Shown: positions 16,439-24,285, counted from the first letter of the stretch. The stretch: DNA of 27,875 bases from an uncultured Erysipelotrichaceae bacterium (GCA_964457525.1 CAYWGS010000010.1:1-27875); one strand, 5' to 3'. Translations and numbers: made by a program. Notes: generated by a model not told the origin, from the letters alone.

Positions 16439-17704
16439 ATGAAGAAATATTTAATCTGTTTAGTCATACTACTTTTAAGTGCTTGTGCGAGTGAGACAGC
16501 ACCCATAGAATCTGGAAAAGATCTTCGTTTTTATGTCGCAACGGATATCCATTTACTATCCAAAGACTTGATGAAAAACGATGAACTCATGGCACAAGTG
16601 TTTGAATATGGGGATGGTCGATTTGTACACTATTCCAATGAGATTATGAGTACATTATCTGATACCGTTAAGAATAATGAAGTTGATGTTTTAATCCTAA
16701 GTGGTGATTTAACACACGATGGTGAGAAAGCAAGTCATCTTGCGATGGCAGCTCAACTCAAGGAAATAGAGAAGAATGGAACACGTGTATATGTTGCGCC
16801 GGGTAACCATGATTTAGAGAATCCATTCGCAAAAGATTATGCGGAAGGTGGATGGGTTACAGCTGAAACCATCACAAAGGATGATTTTGAAGATATCTAC
16901 AAGAATTATGGTTATAAAGAAGCTATTTTAAGAGATCCCAATGGATTAAGTTACTTAGTTGCGCCTTCAGAAGATGTATATCTACTAATGCTCGATTCCA
17001 ATAAATATGGCATGTTAAATATGCCAACAGGGGGTGGAGTCATTAAAGAAGAAACGCTTGAATGGATAAAAGAAGCCACACAAATCGCACGAGATGCGAA
17101 TGCACAAATTATTACAGTGATGCATCATAATTTAATTAAACACAGTGAACGTCTCTATCAGGGATATGTTATTAATAACAGTGAAGAGGTTGTGCCAGTG
17201 TTTGATGAATTAGGGTTATCGATTGTGTTAAGTGGTCATATGCATGCACAATCCATTAAATCAACTGAACAAAAGAATCATACAATCTATGATATTGTGA
17301 CATCTTCAATGAGTATCTATCCAATGAATGTAGGTGTACTTGAATATAAAAAGAATGAAGGATTTAGTTATCATCTTGAATCCTTGGATATCGAATCTTG
17401 GGCAAAAGTGAATAGTACAGATCCCAATTTATTGAACTTCAATGCGTACTCAAAAGAAATGAACTATCTACAGAACTATAATCGAGCAGTTAGTTCCCTT
17501 ATCGAAGAAGAATATGATGTGGATGAGTCGCTCGTCTTGAGTGATGAAGTTGTACAACGATTGAAAAATGCGAATTTCAATGGAGTTATACGTCAAATCA
17601 AGAATGAATTACTTATCTTACATGGTTATAAAACAGAATCAGAGATTGAATCAATCCCAAGCATTCAACCTGTAACAGAGGTTGATATACAGGAACAAAA
17701 ATAA
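16439..17704 (+). CDS. Lipoprotein metallophosphoesterase (calcineurin-like phosphoesterase) with an uncharacterised C-terminal domain
   Basis: Lipobox LLSAC. MPE motifs DIH, GDLTHDG, GNHD, HH, GHMH. The start was set at ATG 16439 behind GAGGA. Confidence 0.75.
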   Translation: MKKYLICLVILLLSACASETAPIESGKDLRFYVATDIHLLSKDLMKNDELMAQVFEYGDGRFVHYSNEIMSTLSDTVKNNEVDVLILSGDLTHDGEKASHLAMAAQLKEIEKNGTRVYVAPGNHDLENPFAKDYAEGGWVTAETITKDDFEDIYKNYGYKEAILRDPNGLSYLVAPSEDVYLLMLDSNKYGMLNMPTGGGVIKEETLEWIKEATQIARDANAQIITVMHHNLIKHSERLYQGYVINNSEEVVPVFDELGLSIVLSGHMHAQSIKSTEQKNHTIYDIVTSSMSIYPMNVGVLEYKKNEGFSYHLESLDIESWAKVNSTDPNLLNFNAYSKEMNYLQNYNRAVSSLIEEEYDVDESLVLSDEVVQRLKNANFNGVIRQIKNELLILHGYKTESEIESIPSIQPVTEVDIQEQK

Positions 17705-17717
17705 AAGGGCCCTTTTA
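17702..17717. terminator. Palindrome TAAAAGGGCCCTTTTA spanning both convergent stop codons
   Basis: Perfect 16-bp palindrome. TAA of the plus gene is at 17702..17704 and TAA of the minus gene is at 17715..17717. It could form only a short hairpin. Confidence 0.35.
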
Positions 17718-18383
17718 AAATTCTCTCTTTTGATAATGTTTCTGTGCCTGTTTAATCGATATCAATATTCCTACTAACCAAATGATTACGATTAGTATAA
17801 TAGGAATCATAGGCATCTGAGTAACCCAACCTAAGACTGTATCAAATAATTCTGGAAATACAGGATAAAGTTGCCCAAAGATCACAACTAATACAGGAAC
17901 AATCAGAAATGGTAAATAAGCGGATACACGTGCCTTGGAATAGCCATTCTTGAAATAAATTGGAAGTTGAATTAATTGTGAAAAGCTAAAGAATATAAAT
18001 AGAACTAACATAACAGCTAAACTCTCTAATAAATTGAATGGAATAGAAAGGATAAGTGTAATCATTCCAGTCAATAAGAAACCAAATAAACAGAAGACTA
18101 AATCAATCACAAGTGCATAGAGATATCGCCCAATCACAACCGTTTCACGATTGATGCCTAAGAAAATATATAAACTATCAATCCCATTCTTCTCTCCAAC
18201 CGCGAATGGATACGTCACATACAATGTCCCAAAACCCATCAAGATACCTAAGGCTGTGACACTTGTTTTTGATCCAAACATTACGAGGAATGCGGATATA
18301 CCGAAGATTAGAAAATTCTTTATCGTAATATAAGGTTTAATGGTAATTAAATCGAGTTTAATAAAATTAAGATAGTTTTTCAT
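17715..18383 (-). CDS. ABC-2 type transporter permease
   Basis: 222-aa protein with about 6 hydrophobic segments. It has an ATGA overlap with the upstream ATPase gene. Confidence 0.65.
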   Translation of the reverse strand: MKNYLNFIKLDLITIKPYITIKNFLIFGISAFLVMFGSKTSVTALGILMGFGTLYVTYPFAVGEKNGIDSLYIFLGINRETVVIGRYLYALVIDLVFCLFGFLLTGMITLILSIPFNLLESLAVMLVLFIFFSFSQLIQLPIYFKNGYSKARVSAYLPFLIVPVLVVIFGQLYPVFPELFDTVLGWVTQMPMIPIILIVIIWLVGILISIKQAQKHYQKREF

Positions 18384-19222
18384 CGATTATACTCCTTATT
18401 CATAAAGACAATAATTTCATCTAAGCTACAAGGCTCTATAAGAATGGATGAATTTAATTGATCAATTTCAAGTTTAGGATAAAGTGCTTCAAACCCTGTC
18501 GAATATTGTCTTAGACCAATCGCATGTTTCTTTACTTGAAAATCTAAATCATCATGTCCACCTTTGATTAAGACATAGTGATTCATCAAATCATCTTTCT
18601 CACCAGAATAAAGTATCTGACCATTTAAGATAAACACAATATAGTCCGCAATCTTTTCTAAATCACTTGTTATATGTGTTGAGAAGAATACAGTATGATC
18701 TTCATCCGCTACAAATGTACTTAATAAATCACAGATTTCTTCACGAGCAACAGGATCTAAACCACTGGTTGGCTCATCCAATATCAATAATTTTGCTTGA
18801 TGAGAAAGTGCAGTTGCTAACATGAGTTTAACTTTCATACCACGTGATAAATCTTTGACTTTCTTTTGCTTGTTTAGATTAAATTTAGATAGATAATAAT
18901 CATACATCTTAGAATCCCAATTCTGATAGAAAGGCTTAAGTGCACTTTCCACATCCATCAAATTCCAATCCTCTACAAAGAAAGGCATATCCATCACTAT
19001 TCCTATATCAGAATGTGAATATTCATTATTCTCAAAAACTTGGATAACTCCTTCATCAATTTGAATTAAGTTCAAGATCGACTTCAAACTCGTTGTTTTA
19101 CCGGCTCCATTCGGCCCAATAAATCCTGTGATGTAACCAGATGGAACATTAAACGAAATTGAGTTTAGATTAAAATCAGGATAGTGCTTAGTTAAAGAAG
19201 AGACATTAATTGCGGTTTTCAT
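18380..19222 (-). CDS. ABC transporter ATP-binding protein (YtrB-like exporter ATPase)
   Basis: Walker A GPNGAGKTT, signature LSRGMKVKLMLA, Walker B LLILDEPTSGLD. The start was chosen as the third ATG of an ATGATGATG run, 7 nt after GAGGAG. It overlaps the regulator gene end. Confidence 0.85.
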   Translation of the reverse strand: MKTAINVSSLTKHYPDFNLNSISFNVPSGYITGFIGPNGAGKTTSLKSILNLIQIDEGVIQVFENNEYSHSDIGIVMDMPFFVEDWNLMDVESALKPFYQNWDSKMYDYYLSKFNLNKQKKVKDLSRGMKVKLMLATALSHQAKLLILDEPTSGLDPVAREEICDLLSTFVADEDHTVFFSTHITSDLEKIADYIVFILNGQILYSGEKDDLMNHYVLIKGGHDDLDFQVKKHAIGLRQYSTGFEALYPKLEIDQLNSSILIEPCSLDEIIVFMNKEYNR

Positions 19223-19598
19223 CATCATACTCCTCACTTAGATTATTAAAAATATCGAACACTTCAGAAACGGATATTGAATGTTTCTGCGCGATATTTA
19301 AGATATGTTCAAAGGATTGTTCAATATCACGATATGCATTCTCTTTAACCAAATCTAAATTTCGTGGCAACACGAAACAACCTTTTCCTTGGATGTTTAC
19401 CACAAAACCTTCAACTTCAAGATCGTTGTAAGCACGAGTTGTCGTAATAACACTAATCTTCAAGTCTTTAGCAAGTTGACGAATAGAAGGTAAAGCTGTA
19501 TCTTCCTTCAACTCACCACTCAAGATCGCATCTTTAATTTGATTTTTAATTTGTTCATAAATCGGTACAGAACTACGGTTAGAGATAATTAGTTTCAT
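19206..19598 (-). CDS. GntR family transcriptional regulator, YtrA subfamily
   Basis: 130 aa. PIYEQIKNQIKDAILSGELKEDTALPSIRQLAKDLKISVITTTRAYNDLEVEGFV, with the short C-terminal region typical of YtrA. AAGGAG precedes ATG 19598. Confidence 0.8.
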   Translation of the reverse strand: MKLIISNRSSVPIYEQIKNQIKDAILSGELKEDTALPSIRQLAKDLKISVITTTRAYNDLEVEGFVVNIQGKGCFVLPRNLDLVKENAYRDIEQSFEHILNIAQKHSISVSEVFDIFNNLSEEYDDENRN

Positions 19599-19618
19599 AA
19601 CACTCCTTATATACACAT

Positions 19619-19652
19619 ATATACGGTATATTCAGATATGTTCACTTGTCAA
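19619..19652 (-). promoter_or_regulatory. Promoter of the ytrA-like operon with an overlapping palindromic operator candidate
   Basis: On the minus strand: TTGACA (19647..19652), 16-nt spacer, TATACC (19625..19630). The perfect inverted repeat ATATAC-G-GTATAT (19619..19631) covers the -10/TSS region. Confidence 0.45.
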
Positions 19653-19687
19653 GAGTTAATTAAAATAATTAGTTAATTAGTAAAACA

Positions 19688-19696
19688 TGATAAAAT
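19688..19696 (+). promoter_or_regulatory. Extended -10 element TGATAAAAT directly upstream of the EIIA start
   Basis: TGnTAAAAT ends 8 nt before ATG 19704. There is no SD in between. Confidence 0.45.
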
Positions 19697-19703
19697 AAGT
19701 AAT

Positions 19704-20156
19704 ATGAATCAGAAATTTATCATACCAGCCCATTCAAGAATTCTAACCCTCGAACAAGTCCCTGATGAGATGTTTAAACAACGTTTATTAGGGGATGGGT
19801 TTGCCTTAGAACTCCTTGACGGAGAGATTATCGCTCCGATGGATGGTGTTGTAAGTGCTCTGTTTCCAACAGGGCATGCGATTGGGTTATTACTGGAAGA
19901 TGATATCGAAATTCTTATGCATATTGGGATTGATACGATAAAACTAAAAAATAAACCAATCGAAGTATTTGTTCAATTAAATGATTCAGTAAAACAAGGA
20001 CAAACACTTGTAAAAGTGGATTTGAATAAGTTTAAAGAGGGAAATGTACCAGCTATTATGCCAATTGTATTTACTCGTAATACAATCTTTACAGTAAAGA
20101 GAAACGCGGGTGAAGTTCAATTAGGTGCGGAAGATGTTGTTCAAATCTTGGATTAA
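19704..20156 (+). CDS. PTS EIIA component, glucose family (Crr-like), stand-alone
   Basis: VPDEMF...GDGFAL...APMDG...TGHAIGL...MHIGIDTIKL matches both conserved His regions of EIIA-Glc, 150 aa. Confidence 0.85.
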   Translation: MNQKFIIPAHSRILTLEQVPDEMFKQRLLGDGFALELLDGEIIAPMDGVVSALFPTGHAIGLLLEDDIEILMHIGIDTIKLKNKPIEVFVQLNDSVKQGQTLVKVDLNKFKEGNVPAIMPIVFTRNTIFTVKRNAGEVQLGAEDVVQILD

Positions 20157-20232
20157 CTCATTTCCTCGGAAATAAGCATTAAACTTGAAAAGAGAGTTTG
20201 ATTCGACTATTCTATGCGTATTGAGGTGAAGT

Positions 20233-20598
20233 ATGAAGAAATTAAGTCTAATATTGATCGGAGCGTTACTCATGAGTGCATGTACAAGTGAAAGCAGTTA
20301 TCATAAAATAAGCGCAAAAGAAGCCAAAGAAATGATGGATACACAAGAAGTCATTATTGTGGATGTGCGTACGCAAGAAGAATATGACGAAGGGTATATT
20401 GAGAATGCGATTTTAATTCCAAATGAAACCATTAATGAAGCTCCAAGTGAACTTCCTGATAAAGATGCGGTGATATTAGTGTATTGTCGAAGTGGCAATC
20501 GTAGTCGACAAGCCGCAAATAAATTGGTTGATCTAGGGTATACCAATATCTATGATTTTGGTGGAATCATCGATTGGCCATATGAGATTGTGGATTAA
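20233..20598 (+). CDS. Rhodanese-domain lipoprotein (sulfurtransferase-like)
   Basis: Lipobox LMSAC. Rhodanese fold with active-site loop CRSGNRS, 121 aa. Confidence 0.8.
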   Translation: MKKLSLILIGALLMSACTSESSYHKISAKEAKEMMDTQEVIIVDVRTQEEYDEGYIENAILIPNETINEAPSELPDKDAVILVYCRSGNRSRQAANKLVDLGYTNIYDFGGIIDWPYEIVD

Positions 20599-20617
20599 TG
20601 CAGAAATGCATTTTTTT
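20597..20617 (+). terminator. Rho-independent terminator
   Basis: AATGCA / TGCATT stem with a GAAA tetraloop and a T7 run. Confidence 0.6.
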
Positions 20618-20648
20618 AACCAAGTAACAGGGACAGAACTTGATAATT

Positions 20649-21323
20649 ATGGCAAGACAAGCAAGAAAATCTTTACAATCAAATCTAGTGCTCGTAACAC
20701 AAAACTGTAACGCTCTTTTGTATCGTGATGAACAAGATCGTCTTTTCTTCTTGGATTTGTTAAAGAAGGTTCAGTCAAACTATAACTGTCATATCTTAGC
20801 ATTCTGTTGTGGAGAGAATGATCGATTCCAAATTATTATCGATACACAAGGCGCAAACATTTCTAAGATTGTTCAATCGCTTACCATTGCATATTCCATG
20901 CATCGTAAGAGTGAAGTTAAACTGTTTACCCAACGATTCAAGACAAAACCAATCTTCTCAGAGGATCAACTTAAACAGGTTATCCAAGAAATTCAGAAGA
21001 ATCGAACAGACTATTCAGCGTGTTGCATGATGTCAGAATCAATGTCACGTTATGACTGGTTAAAACCGTATAATCCTATTATCTTTGTTCAACCTGAGAA
21101 AAGTAAGAAATCATTAAGTATTGATGATGTTCGTAATCAATTAAATAAATTATTAGAAATAAATGAGTTAAGTCTAGTTGAGTTCAAAAAGAATAAATCA
21201 TTACGTAATGAATGGATAAAAGATCTAAGACAGAAATATGATTGTAACCTCAAATGCTTAGCAGAAGTATTGGGATTAACAGAATCATCCGTCTCAAAGA
21301 TTATCAATACGGTTGAGCAATAA
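20649..21323 (+). CDS. RayT/IS200-like (Y1 HUH fold) protein lacking catalytic residues, with a C-terminal DnaA-domain-IV-like HTH
   Basis: MARQARK...LYRDEQDRLFFLDLL...ILAFCCGENDRFQIII...LFTQRFKTKPI...QEIQKN is collinear with REP-associated tyrosine transposase-like proteins. The C-terminus NLKCLAEVLGLTESSVSKIIN is HTH-like. The start was set at ATG 20649. Confidence 0.6.
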   Translation: MARQARKSLQSNLVLVTQNCNALLYRDEQDRLFFLDLLKKVQSNYNCHILAFCCGENDRFQIIIDTQGANISKIVQSLTIAYSMHRKSEVKLFTQRFKTKPIFSEDQLKQVIQEIQKNRTDYSACCMMSESMSRYDWLKPYNPIIFVQPEKSKKSLSIDDVRNQLNKLLEINELSLVEFKKNKSLRNEWIKDLRQKYDCNLKCLAEVLGLTESSVSKIINTVEQ

Positions 21324-21325
21324 AC

Positions 21326-21354
21326 TTGAAATTCAAGATGTGTCCCCGTATACT
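21326..21354 (+). promoter_or_regulatory. Sigma-A type promoter of the reductase gene pair
   Basis: TTGAAA-N17-TATACT. The -35 is embedded in the palindrome CTTGAA-A-TTCAAG (21325..21337). Confidence 0.55.
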
Positions 21355-21374
21355 AATATTGTAAGGAGATTGAT

Positions 21375-22340
21375 ATGTCATTTAACTTTAATATCGGAAA
21401 TCTAAATAAACCTAAAGTAGACCTCGATCAAATATTCGATTTTGTAAGTATTGGTGGTGGGCCTGCTAGTTATAATGCGAGTTTATACGCAAAACGCAAA
21501 GGATTAAATGTATTAATTATTGCGAAGAAACCGGGTGGACAGTTATTGAATACATCATCGGTAGATAATTACCTAGGATTTAAAGAATTATCGGGTGAAG
21601 CATTGTATGAACAATTTCATGAACATGTAAAGACATTGGATATCAGTGAAATCAATGATCAGAATGTGATTCATATCGATAAGAATAAAGACGTATTCTA
21701 CCTAAGTTTAGAGGATGGAAGTGTTGTGAAGAGTAAAACAATACTAATAGCGACAGGATCCAATCCACGTAAGTTAGGCGTTAAGGGTGAAGTTGAATTC
21801 TCAAATGCAGGAGTTGCTTATTGTGCCATCTGTGATGCGCCACTCTTCAAAGGTAAAGATGTGATTATTGCAGGGGGTGGAAACTCTGCAGTAGAAGCTG
21901 CGATTGATGTCGCAAAAATCGCAAGACACGTAACACTGGTTCATCGCAGTCAATTAAGAGCAGATAAGATCTTAGTTGATAAGATGAATGAACAAGCGAA
22001 TATCAAAGTCTATTTGGAATCACAGATTCTAGAAATAGAAGGTGATACAAAGATGCGTTCAATTCGTGTATTAGATAAACAAAGTAATACAGAATTTAGA
22101 TTAGAAGCAGATGGTATCTTTATTGAAATCGGTAATATACCTAATTCTGATTTAGTTAAGAATTTAGTAGAACTCAATGATCGTAACGAAATCATTGTGA
22201 ATCATAAACAAGAAACATCCTTGGAAGGATGTTACAGCGCAGGTGATGTAACAAATACACCGTATAAACAAATTATTATCGCAACGGCAGAAGGTGCTAA
22301 AGCAGCACTCGCAGCCAATGAATATATCAATACCCATTAG
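21375..22340 (+). CDS. AhpF C-terminal-module-like FAD/NAD(P)H disulfide reductase (thioredoxin-reductase fold)
   Basis: GGGPASYNASLYAKRKGL...GGQLLNTSSVDNY, redox centre CAICDAPLFKGKDVIIAGGGNSAVEAAID, and TPYKQIIIATAEGAKAALAANEY. From memory, this is closely collinear with the reductase half of AhpF. Confidence 0.8.
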   Translation: MSFNFNIGNLNKPKVDLDQIFDFVSIGGGPASYNASLYAKRKGLNVLIIAKKPGGQLLNTSSVDNYLGFKELSGEALYEQFHEHVKTLDISEINDQNVIHIDKNKDVFYLSLEDGSVVKSKTILIATGSNPRKLGVKGEVEFSNAGVAYCAICDAPLFKGKDVIIAGGGNSAVEAAIDVAKIARHVTLVHRSQLRADKILVDKMNEQANIKVYLESQILEIEGDTKMRSIRVLDKQSNTEFRLEADGIFIEIGNIPNSDLVKNLVELNDRNEIIVNHKQETSLEGCYSAGDVTNTPYKQIIIATAEGAKAALAANEYINTH

Positions 22341-22352
22341 GAGGAATAAACA

Positions 22353-22988
22353 ATGGAAAAATTATTAAATGCAGATGTGCAAAAACAACTAAAACAAGTA
22401 TTTGAAGAATTGGTTAATCCAGTTACCATGGTTCTTTTCACAGAAGATGATTGTGAAAGTTGTGAACCAACCTTAAGTTTATTAACAGAAATCGCTGAAC
22501 TCAGTGATAAATTAAATTTACGAGTTTACGACATCAATTCAGATGAAGCGAAGAAGTATGACATTGAAATGGCCCCAAGCTTTGTATTACTCGATCACAA
22601 AGATGAATATCACCGTGTAAAATTCAATGGTATTCCTGCAGGTCATGAAATCAACTCTTTCATTTCCGCACTTATCGAAATGTCTGGTGCTGAAAGTGAA
22701 GTTCCTGCAGAACTCTTAGAACGTATTCAAAAGATTGATAAACCAATTAATATTAAGGTCTTCGTTACCTTGTCTTGTCCACATTGCCCAGGTGCAGTTC
22801 AGAAGGCACATAAACTTGCAATGTTAAACAAGAATGTGACAGGCGAAATGATTGAAGCACAGACCTTCTATGAACTTTCTGAGAAGTTCAATGTAACAGG
22901 TGTTCCTAAAATCATTATCAATGATTCACTTGAACTCGTAGGTAATCAACCAATCGAACGTTTCTTAGAACAAATCGAAAGCTTATAA
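22353..22988 (+). CDS. AhpF N-terminal-domain-like / protein-disulfide-oxidoreductase-like double thioredoxin-fold protein
   Basis: LLTEIAELSDKL, PSFVLL, GIPAGHEINSF and LSCPHCPGAVQKAHKLAMLN match the AhpF NTD pattern. There is a second CxxC (CESC) in the first fold, 211 aa. A GGAGGA RBS precedes it. Confidence 0.75.
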   Translation: MEKLLNADVQKQLKQVFEELVNPVTMVLFTEDDCESCEPTLSLLTEIAELSDKLNLRVYDINSDEAKKYDIEMAPSFVLLDHKDEYHRVKFNGIPAGHEINSFISALIEMSGAESEVPAELLERIQKIDKPINIKVFVTLSCPHCPGAVQKAHKLAMLNKNVTGEMIEAQTFYELSEKFNVTGVPKIIINDSLELVGNQPIERFLEQIESL

Positions 22989-23011
22989 GAATGAGGTAAC
23001 TCATTCTTTTT
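22987..23011 (+). terminator. Rho-independent terminator
   Basis: 9-bp stem AAGAATGAG / CTCATTCTT with loop GTAA and a T-run. Confidence 0.7.
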
Positions 23012-23027
23012 ATGATACTATTGAGTT

Positions 23028-23924
23028 ATGGAAAAACTACAACTTAATCATGAAGTTAGCTTATCACGTATTGTGCAGGGATTATGGAGATTAACGAGTT
23101 GGAATATGAGTTCACTTGAAATTGTCGACTTTGTATACCAATGCATCGATCTAGGTGTTACCAGTTTTGATACGGCGGAAATCTATGGCAACTATGAGGC
23201 AGAAAGAGTCTTTGGTGAAGCGTTAAAACTGGATCCAAGTCTACGATCAAAAATTGAAATTATCACGAAAACAGGCATTAATATGAAGAGTGTTAAACGT
23301 GATTATCGTATTGGGCATTATGATACGACCTATAATAAAATCATTGCGTCCTGTAAGAAGAGTATCGAACTCATGAATTGTGAATACTTAGATGTGTATT
23401 TAATTCATCGTGAAGATCCACTCATTGATCATAAGGAAGTAGCACGAGCACTCAATGATTTGAAATCAATGGGACTCATTAAATCCTATGGTGTATCTAA
23501 CTTTGATCCTTTCAAGTTCGAAGCCTTACAACACTTCACAAATAATCAACTCGTTACGAATCAAATCGAGATATCGCCACTTTGTTTTGAACACTTTAAT
23601 TCGGGCATGATGGATGTCCTACAGAAACATGAAGTTCATCCTATGATTTGGTCACCTTTAGCAGGTGGAGAAATCTTTACATCAGATGATGAAAAAGCAG
23701 TTAAAGTGAGAAATATTCTAAAAGTGATTGCGGATCGTCACCAAGAAGAAATGGATACTATTGTATATGCATGGTTATTAAAACATCCGACAAAAGGATT
23801 ACCAATTAGTGGAAGTGGTAAGATAGAGCGTCTAAAGAATGCAGTTAGAGCGCTTGATGTAGAATTAAGTTTAGAAGAGTGGTATGAAATCTATACCGCA
23901 TCTCAAGAACAGGAGCTACGTTAA
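23028..23924 (+). CDS. Aldo/keto reductase (YdhF-like oxidoreductase)
   Basis: 298 aa. GLWRLTSWNMS...DLGVTSFDTAEIYGNYEAERVFGEALKL resembles E. coli YdhF-type AKRs. Confidence 0.8.
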   Translation: MEKLQLNHEVSLSRIVQGLWRLTSWNMSSLEIVDFVYQCIDLGVTSFDTAEIYGNYEAERVFGEALKLDPSLRSKIEIITKTGINMKSVKRDYRIGHYDTTYNKIIASCKKSIELMNCEYLDVYLIHREDPLIDHKEVARALNDLKSMGLIKSYGVSNFDPFKFEALQHFTNNQLVTNQIEISPLCFEHFNSGMMDVLQKHEVHPMIWSPLAGGEIFTSDDEKAVKVRNILKVIADRHQEEMDTIVYAWLLKHPTKGLPISGSGKIERLKNAVRALDVELSLEEWYEIYTASQEQELR

Positions 23925-24214
23925 TGGAGTTTTATTACTATTCATTGATTGGACTTGTTTATTACATTATTGTTTACCTATTGTCCAAGAAGTTTAAATT
24001 TAAGATCATTCATGGCTTATGGTTACCGTTAGGTTTGAATATACTCTTCTTTTCTTTGTTTATCTATTCATCTTATACAGAACCATCAGGATGGACCTCC
24101 TTAGGTTATCTGATATTCTTTATACTAGCGCTAAGCATTCTCTTAATGTATTTAGCAACTTGGGGCATTCATAGTCTTGTACAATATTTAATTAAGAAGA
24201 ATCAATCAAATTAA
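23924..24214 (+). CDS. Small hypothetical membrane protein (3 predicted TM segments)
   Basis: 96-aa hydrophobic ORF. Its ATG overlaps the AKR stop (TAATG). Confidence 0.5.
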   Translation: MEFYYYSLIGLVYYIIVYLLSKKFKFKIIHGLWLPLGLNILFFSLFIYSSYTEPSGWTSLGYLIFFILALSILLMYLATWGIHSLVQYLIKKNQSN

Positions 24215-24223
24215 TCCATAAAT

Positions 24224-24256
24224 AACATCACTTGCATATTAGGTGATGTTTTTTTA
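24224..24256 (+). terminator. Rho-independent terminator
   Basis: 10-bp stem AACATCACTT / AGGTGATGTT (one G-U pair), 7-nt loop, T-run. Confidence 0.7.
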
Positions 24257-24285
24257 TACTTAGGGTGCATTTAAAGGAGGATGAG

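Noticed and set aside
20630-21347. Possible flanking repeats of the RayT-like gene (AACTTGA..AATT at both ends; GGGACA upstream versus TGTCCC downstream)
   Set aside because: Only a 7-mer is exact, and the rest needs a gap. The 6-mer inverted match is within chance expectation for AT-rich 50-bp flanks. No REP-like hairpin arrays are present.
3179-24285. Longest-ORF start codons upstream of the chosen starts (3199, 4563, 6986, 9644, 16427, 19237, 19616, 20640, 24265)
   Set aside because: In each case a downstream ATG has a properly spaced GGAGG-type RBS, and/or the extension uses GTG/TTG inside the RBS or adds residues not expected for the family. The longer forms cannot be excluded without N-terminal data.
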